From a virus, in the IMG/VR virus record IMGVR_UViG_3300029839_000129, positions 11,317-43,316 of that record: a stretch of DNA of 32,000 bases; one strand, 5' to 3'. The notes below the pieces were generated by a model that was not told the origin of the DNA, ran no database searches, and saw nothing but the letters and a program-made list of their open reading frames with translations. This document shows positions 23,970 through 29,846 of this stretch, one piece after another. The first letter of the stretch is position 1. The number at the start of each line of letters is the position of its first letter. A program made the translations under genes and the position numbers.

Positions 23970-23998
23970 TTGCCAACTTGTCCCATGAAAGGTATTAT
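23970..23998 (+). promoter_or_regulatory. Sigma-A-type promoter candidate facing right
   Basis: TTGCCA (23970-23975), 17-nt spacer, TATTAT (23993-23998). Confidence 0.5.
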
Positions 23999-24380
23999 TA
24001 TTTGTTGATAAAAGCACCCAGGCAACGCCGAGCCAAGCCCCGCAAAAAAAGGGGAAGGTGTAACGACTGGACACGGGGCATCCCACGTGGATGAAGGCAC
24101 AGTCTGAACTCACGGGCGACCGTGAGAGGCAGGCAGAAATGACTTGCCCGCGCCGTCAGGCGAAGTAACAATATGGATGTCTAGCGTAAGTATGAACGAT
24201 GACATTGGTTACATTTCCGGCATGCTTTCTGGTATTAGCACTGTCAACACACTTACAGCCAGCATTATCAACCCCATAGATATTACTGGTGTAACATTAG
24301 CGAGCGAGGTGGTCACATCGCCCTGCCGCCCGGCGACGGGCGGTATGCACTCCGTAAATTCGGCGAAAATCTGGGTGCTC

Positions 24381-24467
24381 TTATCGACAAACTGGGCAAG
24401 CCTTGCTTAAATTTGTTCCATCCCGCCCGCGCTCATCCAGCGCGGGCTTTTTATTACCGCCGCTCAC
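24381..24467 (-). pseudogene. 28-codon ORF sharing its first 15 codons and RBS with the 63-aa gene at 25269; likely a truncated relic
   Basis: GTG 24467 follows AGGAGGTGAGGAC. Product MSGGNKKPALDERGRDGTNLSKACPVCR. The first 45 nt lie inside repeat A. Confidence 0.35.
24425..24452 (+). terminator. Rho-independent terminator, copy 1 (inside repeat A)
   Basis: GCCCGCGCT-CATCC-AGCGCGGGC followed by TTTTT. Confidence 0.7.
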
Positions 24468-24481
24468 GTCCTCACCTCCTC

Positions 24482-24510
24482 TTGTCCGCCTCCGCGCCCG
24501 GTGGTAAAAT
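24482..24510 (+). promoter_or_regulatory. Extended -10 promoter, copy 1 (inside repeat B)
   Basis: TTGTCC, 17-nt spacer ending in TGg, TAAAAT. GGAGGTGA RBS at 24521-24528 and ATG at 24533. Confidence 0.55.
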
Positions 24511-24532
24511 CATCCGGAAGGGAGGTGACGAT

Positions 24533-24748
24533 ATGGCATCTATTCGCCAGTACGATAAACCTTGGACTTGCGCCAAATCCGGACATGAAGAAAAGTTCGC
24601 CGTATACCTGTTGGCAGCGGATGACGGCACAATTCTTGATGTCAAAGAGAATGGCTGCGAGAACATGGACGGAAGTGACAAATGCAACTCATGTCGCGCT
24701 CATGTTCTCCAGCAGCTCTATGAGCTCCACCTCGGTCATCGGCTCTGA
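24533..24748 (+). CDS. Small 4-Cys protein (71 aa) on the opposite strand to the early operon
   Basis: ATG 24533 lies 4 nt after GGGAGGTGA. Product MASIRQYDKPWTCAKSGHEEKF...GCENMDGSDKCNSCRAH. The ORF-track start at 24413 would read through the terminator and promoter. Confidence 0.55.
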   Translation: MASIRQYDKPWTCAKSGHEEKFAVYLLAADDGTILDVKENGCENMDGSDKCNSCRAHVLQQLYELHLGHRL

Positions 24749-24967
24749 TAAGCGGATCGTGTGCGCCCGGTCATATGCCGCTGGCAAAAGTCCGCGGCGC
24801 ACAAGTATTTCCGACAGGCAGACAATGGCGCCGTAAGCTTCTTCCGCGTGCGGCGTGTCCCTTGTGAACGCCTCCAGTGCGAACAGATACGCCTCTATGT
24901 ATCTCCTGTCCCGTGTTTCGGAGTTCGGATACTCCCTGTCAAAGCCGACAAGTTCAAGTGCGCTCAC
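24689..24967 (-). CDS. Hypothetical small protein (92 aa)
   Basis: GTG 24967 follows AGGAGGTGAGTGG. Its 3' end overlaps the convergent gene 24533..24748 by 60 nt. Confidence 0.5.
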   Translation of the reverse strand: MSALELVGFDREYPNSETRDRRYIEAYLFALEAFTRDTPHAEEAYGAIVCLSEILVRRGLLPAAYDRAHTIRLSEPMTEVELIELLENMSAT

Positions 24968-25077
24968 CCACTCACCTCCTTACAACCTTCAGCGAATTTT
25001 GTAAACTGAACGCTCGCGGCCAAGGCGAACGAGCTATTATGCGTGAGTTTATAGAGCACGTCGCTCAGCACGACGAT

Positions 25078-25269
25078 TCAGTCAACTCTACTGTCAGATT
25101 CCTCGTTCTCGATAAGTAAGTGCTCTGGCACTATTCCGGAATATATACCGGTACTACCCTCTTCTTGCTTCGCAGTCATGCTATTTGTTGACCAGATGAC
25201 TTCTCCCGTTATGCTCACGTTCTCCCGCCCGCGCTCATCCAGCGCGGGCTTTTTATTACCGCCGCTCAC
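25078..25269 (-). CDS. Hypothetical small acidic protein (63 aa)
   Basis: GTG 25269 follows AGGAGGTGAGGGC. The first 15 codons lie inside repeat A. Confidence 0.45.
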   Translation of the reverse strand: MSGGNKKPALDERGRENVSITGEVIWSTNSMTAKQEEGSTGIYSGIVPEHLLIENEESDSRVD

Positions 25270-25296
25270 GCCCTCACCTCCTTACTGCGCCGTCTG
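25223..25296. repeat. Repeat A copy 2 (25223-25282), overlapping repeat C copy 1 (25264-25296)
   Basis: Repeat C (gctcacgccctcacctccttactgcgccgtctg) is 33/33 identical to 26132-26164. Confidence 0.9.
25227..25254 (+). terminator. Rho-independent terminator, copy 2 (inside repeat A)
   Basis: The same hairpin and T5 tract as at 24425-24452. Confidence 0.65.
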
Positions 25297-25494
25297 AAAC
25301 GCATCAACCACCATTGCCACGCTGGTGCCTAAAACTTCTGCCCACCAATTCAGCTCGGATATTTTAGGAGAGCGTCCTTTTCTTGTCATCTTGCTAATGG
25401 ATTGTCTGCTTCTACCCACTTGACGCGCCATCTCTGACTCACTGCCGAAGCGCGCTTTTATTAAACTTTTGAGCGCTCTATTATACTCGGCCAT
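25282..25494 (-). CDS. Small HTH protein (70 aa)
   Basis: ATG 25494 follows GGGGAGGCGAGGG. Contains SESEMARQVGRSRQSISKMTRKG and ends ...QTAQ, like the HTH protein at 26150. Confidence 0.6.
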   Translation of the reverse strand: MAEYNRALKSLIKARFGSESEMARQVGRSRQSISKMTRKGRSPKISELNWWAEVLGTSVAMVVDAFQTAQ

Positions 25495-25509
25495 GCCCTC
25501 GCCTCCCCT

Positions 25510-25557
25510 CTTGTCCGCCTCCGCGCCCGGTGGTAAAATCATCCGGAAGGGAGGTGA
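25510..25557 (+). promoter_or_regulatory. Repeat B copy 2: extended -10 promoter plus RBS
   Basis: Identical 48 nt. -35 at 25511-25516, -10 at 25534-25539, GGAGGTGA at 25550-25557. Confidence 0.55.
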
Positions 25558-25564
25558 ATTTGAT

Positions 25565-25996
25565 ATGTCCGATGGTACTATTGCCCTGGTCTCCACACTT
25601 ATTGGCACTGCGGTCACCGGACTGTTTGCTTTTTTCAACGCACTCTTTACCGGCATCTCAAACCGAAAAATAAAACTCGTAGAGCTAAGCTACCGCGATG
25701 CTGCCGCAGCCTTCAGCGAATACCTGACCGCCAGTAGCGTAGTTCCCAACCCTATAAGTGAGGAGTACCTGGCTGAATTCAGCGGCAGTTATGCACGAGC
25801 AAGTTTGTATGTCTCGGAGCAGACGCGACCTGTTCTCGAGAAGCACTTTCTTGCAACAATACGCTCGCCGGAATCTTTGGAGCCGGATGAAGCCGCCCAT
25901 GCGCTGAAGCTCAGCCGTCTGAGAAACGAGTTGCTGAAAGCCATGCAGAATGATTTATCAGGCAAAAGTAAACGCAAGAACAAGAGTGACAAGTAG
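25565..25996 (+). CDS. Membrane-anchored protein (143 aa) with a Lys-rich C-terminal tail
   Basis: ATG 25565 lies 7 nt after GGAGGTGA. N-terminal TM helix IALVSTLIGTAVTGLFAFFNALF. C-terminus GKSKRKNKSDK. Confidence 0.6.
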   Translation: MSDGTIALVSTLIGTAVTGLFAFFNALFTGISNRKIKLVELSYRDAAAAFSEYLTASSVVPNPISEEYLAEFSGSYARASLYVSEQTRPVLEKHFLATIRSPESLEPDEAAHALKLSRLRNELLKAMQNDLSGKSKRKNKSDK

Positions 25997-26137
25997 CCCC
26001 AGAAGAACGATGGCAGGCAGGGCAATGACTACCGCCTGCCATCCATCGTATTCGAGCCAGGCTATCGCCGCTATCATCATCGCCATGAGCATTAGCATAC
26101 CTACTAGAAAGAGAGTGAAATACTGTGTGTTGCTCAC
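25958..26137 (-). CDS. Small membrane protein (59 aa) with two TM helices; below the ORF-track size cut-off
   Basis: Hand-translated: GTG 26137 follows AGGAGGTGAGGGC. Product MSNTQYFTLFLVGMLMLMAMMIAAIAWLEYDGWQAVVIALPAIVLLGLLVTLVLAFTFA, TGA at 25958. Confidence 0.55.
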   Translation of the reverse strand: MSNTQYFTLFLVGMLMLMAMMIAAIAWLEYDGWQAVVIALPAIVLLGLLVTLVLAFTFA

Positions 26138-26164
26138 GCCCTCACCTCCTTACTGCGCCGTCTG
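26132..26164. repeat. Repeat C copy 2
   Basis: Identical to 25264-25296. It spans the last codons (QTAQ plus stop) of an HTH gene, and the RBS and GTG-AGC start of the next gene. Confidence 0.9.
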
Positions 26165-26353
26165 TTCCACAGGCAGTTCGAATAGCTTCTCGATGTTACA
26201 CTCCAGCGCATCGGCAAGCCTCGGCAGTACCACGCTCTTAGGAGCACTTAAGCCGCTCTCCCATTTGGCAATGGTCGAGCGATCTACCCCCATTGCTCGT
26301 GCTAAGTCAACTTGCCTTAACCCCGCCTCTTGTCTGAGCCGTGCTATATTCAT
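26150..26353 (-). CDS. XRE-family HTH protein (67 aa)
   Basis: ATG 26353 follows AAGGAGG. Contains MNIARLRQEAGLRQVDLARAMGVDRSTIAKWESG. Confidence 0.7.
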   Translation of the reverse strand: MNIARLRQEAGLRQVDLARAMGVDRSTIAKWESGLSAPKSVVLPRLADALECNIEKLFELPVEQTAQ

Positions 26354-26366
26354 TGCAATTGCCTCC

Positions 26367-26585
26367 TTACTGTGCCGGAATTGGTGTGAACAGTTCATCT
26401 ATGCTGACATTCAGCGCCCATGCGAGCGCCGGTATCTCGTCACCATATACCGGGCGCTTGCAGTTCAGTATTCTCGAGAGGGTGTCCTTGCGTATACCTG
26501 TTTTCTCAGCTACGACCTTCTGCACCCTGCCTTCTTCCTCAATGATCCGCTTGAGATTTCTATTGACAATATAGCTTTTTTCCAT
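26367..26585 (-). CDS. Cro-like XRE-family HTH protein (72 aa); first gene of the leftward early operon
   Basis: ATG 26585 follows AGGAGGTGAGC. Contains LKRIIEEEGRVQKVVAEKTGIRKDTLSRILN. Divergent from the CI-like gene. Confidence 0.75.
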   Translation of the reverse strand: MEKSYIVNRNLKRIIEEEGRVQKVVAEKTGIRKDTLSRILNCKRPVYGDEIPALAWALNVSIDELFTPIPAQ

Positions 26586-26626
26586 AAGCTCACCTCCTGA
26601 TTCTATGTAACGTTGAGTTCGTTATC

Positions 26627-26655
26627 AATATACTCTATTCTGCGTTGAGTGTCAA
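26627..26655 (-). promoter_or_regulatory. Leftward early (lytic) promoter candidate
   Basis: On the minus strand: TTGACA (26655-26650), 17-nt spacer, TATATT (26632-26627). Confidence 0.6.
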
Positions 26656-26686
26656 GCTATATTTATTGCCGTTGCTCAATTATCCG

Positions 26687-26714
26687 TTGACATTCATTAA
26701 ATTCTAGGTATAAT
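26687..26714 (+). promoter_or_regulatory. Rightward repressor promoter candidate
   Basis: TTGACA (26687-26692), 16-nt spacer, TATAAT (26709-26714). GAGGAG RBS at 26721-26726 and ATG at 26735. Confidence 0.65.
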
Positions 26715-26734
26715 CAATTTGAGGAGTTGATTGC

Positions 26735-27097
26735 ATGAGCGTAACTGAAATAGGCAAACGATTAAAGCTGGCTCGTCAGCAGGCTCATATCACGCAGGCC
26801 GAAGTTGCGAAACGTTTGGGAGTTTCTTTTCAGACGATAAGCAGCTACGAGCGAGGTATTAACAGGGTGGATAGCGATACGCTCATGCGGCTGTGCGAAA
26901 TATATAATGTTCCCATAGGCGAGTTGATGGCTGACGCGCGTCCATCTGCCAGTATTGAAGGTGAAAAGTATTCTGATGATGAGAGGGAGCTTATCGAGCT
27001 ATATCGCCGCGCAGACGAAGCTGATCGGCTAGCCGTAAACCTGATATTGCAAAAATACGCGGACCCCGAGGTAACTATCCCGGCCAGCGCCGGATAA
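26735..27097 (+). CDS. CI-like XRE-family repressor (120 aa)
   Basis: IGKRLKLARQQAHITQAEVAKRLGVSFQTISSYERG plus a C-terminal extension. Divergently arranged with the Cro-like gene. Confidence 0.8.
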   Translation: MSVTEIGKRLKLARQQAHITQAEVAKRLGVSFQTISSYERGINRVDSDTLMRLCEIYNVPIGELMADARPSASIEGEKYSDDERELIELYRRADEADRLAVNLILQKYADPEVTIPASAG

Positions 27098-27121
27098 TCT
27101 ACATCTCAGATTACATGAAAT

Positions 27122-27148
27122 AAAAAAAGCCGCCCCTCCCGAGGCGGC
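27122..27148. terminator. Hairpin after the repressor gene; a possible terminator
   Basis: A7 tract, then GCCGCC - 8-nt loop - GGCGGC. The U-tract is strong only on the minus-strand reading and weak on the + strand. Confidence 0.4.
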
Positions 27149-27232
27149 GCTTCATAACTGTTAAGTAATACTTGTCGTTTTGCTATTGATTTTATAACTC
27201 ATGTGTAATATGATACGTGCAAGGGGAATACT

Positions 27233-27631
27233 ATGAACTTAGATGAGATAACCCGTCTGCTCCGGGAACTGCTTCTCGGCTTTAACGTTCACGAAAGGTT
27301 TATTGACGAGCTTGCCGATATTCTCCGCAGTTCCGGCATAGAAAGGTCTTTTTTCAGTAAGCTGGCGTTTTGCCTCAGGTTTCTGTCCCTCTATGGTGCT
27401 CAGGCAGTGCGGCATGAGGAGTTTGAATCCCTTGGCGGTGGCCTGTTCAGTATGCATGTTGACGGCAAGGGCTACAATGTGCGTATCCTCTACGGCTTTT
27501 TGCGCGACCAGTCTCCTGCGCTGCTGTTGGCGTTCTTTAAACGCTCAGGAAAAGGTAAGACGGACTATCAGTCCCATATAGGCCCCGCTGCCTCCAGGCT
27601 TGAAAGGATGAATAATTGTTATGTCGGCTGA
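27233..27631 (+). CDS. Gp49-like (RelE/HigB-superfamily) toxin candidate (132 aa)
   Basis: FESLGGGLFSMHVDGKGYNVRILYGF...ALLLAFFKRSGKGKTDY fits the Gp49/DUF891 addiction-module pattern. It overlaps the following HTH gene by 11 nt, with the toxin first. Confidence 0.55.
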   Translation: MNLDEITRLLRELLLGFNVHERFIDELADILRSSGIERSFFSKLAFCLRFLSLYGAQAVRHEEFESLGGGLFSMHVDGKGYNVRILYGFLRDQSPALLLAFFKRSGKGKTDYQSHIGPAASRLERMNNCYVG

Positions 27632-28022
27632 TACTAAAATTGATGCTCTTATCAATGTGCTCACCGAAGGAATGACTGAGGAGGACGCTGCTCTTGCGCT
27701 CATGTCAGTGGATGTTTCTGTGGCCATCGCCAGCAAACGTATAGACATGGGCCTGACTCAGAAAGAATTCAGCGAATACATGGGCGTCTCTCAGGCCATG
27801 GTTTCCAAATGGGAGGGCGGAGAGGCAAATTTTACGCTCAAAACTCTTGCGCAGATAGCGGCAAAACTGGGTATTAAGGTGCGCAGCCCATTCGTTGTGG
27901 ATAAGGTGCCGGCACATATTAGCCGCTTCTCTAATGTCGTCCAATTACCGAACGCCGAAAGTTGGGAATTTTCTTCCTCCGGCTCAACATTTACCGACGT
28001 CGGCGAACTAAAGGAGATGTGA
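27621..28022 (+). CDS. XRE-family HTH antitoxin candidate (HigA-like, 133 aa)
   Basis: RIDMGLTQKEFSEYMGVSQAMVSKWEGGEANFTLKTLAQIAAKLG. Confidence 0.6.
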   Translation: MSADTKIDALINVLTEGMTEEDAALALMSVDVSVAIASKRIDMGLTQKEFSEYMGVSQAMVSKWEGGEANFTLKTLAQIAAKLGIKVRSPFVVDKVPAHISRFSNVVQLPNAESWEFSSSGSTFTDVGELKEM

Positions 28023-28028
28023 GTTAAA

Positions 28029-28247
28029 ATGTTCAACTACTCAAATGCGTTTCATATTGCCATGCAGAAAGAGAGCAGGAATATCATGATAGACTTCATT
28101 CAGGAAGCACCAACTTTTGGCGACGACAAGAGGATCAATGGTCTCAAGTCGGACGCCGTTGCTTCCGTAGTATTGCCTGTGGACGTTGCTTTGGACCTTG
28201 CTGAACACATCCAATCATATTTCGCAGAAGAGCCTTCCAATACCTGA
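28029..28247 (+). CDS. Hypothetical acidic protein (72 aa)
   Basis: ATG 28029 lies 6 nt after the antitoxin stop, in the same operon orientation. Confidence 0.45.
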   Translation: MFNYSNAFHIAMQKESRNIMIDFIQEAPTFGDDKRINGLKSDAVASVVLPVDVALDLAEHIQSYFAEEPSNT

Positions 28248-28316
28248 TATCGCTTAACAGCCCCCTTGCGGTAGGCTTCCCACGCATACGTGGTAAGCTG
28301 AGTCCTGGGGGCCCAC

Positions 28317-29831
28317 TTGTATATCCACTCAAGGGAGGTGATTCCTACGAATTTCATGTATCTCCGCAAGAGCCGCGCGGAGGAGGGGCAGAGCACGGAG
28401 GAGGTGCTGGCGAAGCACCGGGCCGCGCTGGAGGAGCTGGCCGACCGGCTCGGGCTGCCCGTGGACGGGGTGTATGAGGAAGTGGCGTCCGGTGAAAAGC
28501 TCTATGCGCGCCCGGAAATGCTCAAGCTGCTCGAGCGCATCCGCGCCGGCGAAGTTGAGGCCGTGCTGTGCATGGATATCGACCGCCTCGGGCGCGGCGG
28601 CATGGCTGACCAGGGCACCATCCTGGACGCCTTCCGCGAGTCCGGCACGCTGATAATCACGCCGGAGAAAACCTATGACCTCACGAATGACGTCGATATC
28701 GAGATGACGGAGTTTAAGGCGTTCTTCGCCCGGGCCGAGTGGCGTGCCATCCGCAAGCGCATGCGCCGAGGCCTGATGCAGACCATAGAGGCCGGTGGCT
28801 ACACGGCCAACGCGCCCTACGGCTACCGCCGCTGCCGCATCGGCAAGCTGCCTTCGCTGGAGGTCATCCCCGAGGAAGCGCGTTTCGTGCGCTATATCTA
28901 TGAGCGTTACCTCGCCGGCATCGGCGCGCAGACCATAGCGCAGGAGCTCAACGCCATGGGGAGCACGCCGCGGCGCGGGGCCGAGTGGAACCGAAATACG
29001 GTGCGGCACGTACTGCGCAATCCCACCTTCGCCGGTAAGGTCGCCTGGAACCGCGTGAAGCACTATCGCCCCGGAACTCATGGCAAAGACAAGCATCACG
29101 TCGTTTATACCCCGGAGGGCGAGTGGCTGATGGTGGACGGCGTGCACGAAGCGATCATCCCATGGGACACCTGGCTGGAAGCTCAGGAGCGCAGGAAGCA
29201 GCGATACATACCGCCCAGCAACACCGGCCAGCGCGCAAACCCCTTTGCAGGCATCATCCGCTGCTCGAAGTGCGGGAACAATATGCAGCGCATGGGGACT
29301 AACAAAGGCGAGCCGTATCTGCTGTGTACCACAAAGGGCTGTACCGCCGGTGCGAAGTTCGAGTATGTAGAGGAGCGCATGGTCGAGCTGCTGTATGACG
29401 AGCTTGCCCGGCTCCGACTTCTCATAGACTCGGGAGCAGCTCCGAACGTTGACGCGCTGGAAGCCGCCCTGGCCGCCGCGCAGCGCGAGCAGGAGCGCGT
29501 ACAGGCCCGCATCCCGCGTCTGTATGAATTCCTCGAGGACGGCACCTATGACCGCTCTACGTTCCGCTCAAGGCTCGACGCCGCAGAAAAAGAGCTTGCC
29601 GAGCTTGCAAGCAAACGGGCAGACCTCGAACGCCAGATAGATGAGCGCCGCCGCAGCGACCCGCGCAAAGCCGCCGCCGCATTGGAGAATCTGGTCCAGC
29701 TCTACCCCACCATGTCTCCCGCCGACAAGAACAGTGCCCTAAAAGCACTCGGCGTGGAAGTAACCTACACCAAAGAGAAGAAAACCAAACCCCGCGACTT
29801 CACCCTGGAGCTCCAGCTCCGCGATTTTTAA
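28317..29831 (+). CDS. int: Large serine recombinase (integrase), SprA/YokA-like
   Basis: Catalytic region FMYLRKSRAEE, DRLGRG, IITPEKTYDL. Recombinase domain YGYRR. Zinc ribbon CSKCGNNM...LLCTTKGC. C-terminal coiled coil. The start is uncertain: TTG 28317, GTG 28337 or ATG 28356. Confidence 0.9.
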   Translation: MYIHSREVIPTNFMYLRKSRAEEGQSTEEVLAKHRAALEELADRLGLPVDGVYEEVASGEKLYARPEMLKLLERIRAGEVEAVLCMDIDRLGRGGMADQGTILDAFRESGTLIITPEKTYDLTNDVDIEMTEFKAFFARAEWRAIRKRMRRGLMQTIEAGGYTANAPYGYRRCRIGKLPSLEVIPEEARFVRYIYERYLAGIGAQTIAQELNAMGSTPRRGAEWNRNTVRHVLRNPTFAGKVAWNRVKHYRPGTHGKDKHHVVYTPEGEWLMVDGVHEAIIPWDTWLEAQERRKQRYIPPSNTGQRANPFAGIIRCSKCGNNMQRMGTNKGEPYLLCTTKGCTAGAKFEYVEERMVELLYDELARLRLLIDSGAAPNVDALEAALAAAQREQERVQARIPRLYEFLEDGTYDRSTFRSRLDAAEKELAELASKRADLERQIDERRRSDPRKAAAALENLVQLYPTMSPADKNSALKALGVEVTYTKEKKTKPRDFTLELQLRDF

Positions 29832-29846
29832 CTGCTGTATTTATAA

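Larger units (their letters stand above)
24421..24528. repeat. Repeat A (24421-24480) directly joined to repeat B (24481-24528), copy 1
   Basis: A matches 25223-25282 at 59/60 nt. B matches 25510-25557 at 48/48 nt. Confidence 0.9.

Noticed and set aside
24090-24170. Cyclic-di-GMP (GEMM-I-like) riboswitch, suggested by GCACAG...AAC, a stem capped by a GNRA loop, and ...GGCAGAAA
   Set aside because: The resemblance is loose and by eye only. The conserved GEMM junction nucleotides and the second hairpin with a tetraloop receptor are not evident. I left it as an unassigned structured-RNA candidate pending a covariance-model search.
24209-24277. 22-codon hydrophobic minus-strand ORF (MGLIMLAVSVLTVLIPESMPEM) as a type I toxin, with the + strand RNA as its antitoxin
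   Set aside because: It has no Shine-Dalgarno sequence and no promoter with a usable -10 upstream. It is very short and lacks the charged tail usual for type I toxins. This is not excluded, but the sequence does not support it.
24144-24410. 88-aa + strand ORF as a protein-coding gene
   Set aside because: Its first codon is non-ATG with no RBS, and the internal ATGs also lack an SD. It has Ser/Thr/Ile-rich composition and low GC, unlike neighbouring genes. I treated it as part of the candidate non-coding unit, though translation cannot be ruled out.
28329-29147. 272-aa minus-strand ORF
   Set aside because: It is antisense to the serine integrase catalytic and recombinase domains, so it is a shadow ORF.
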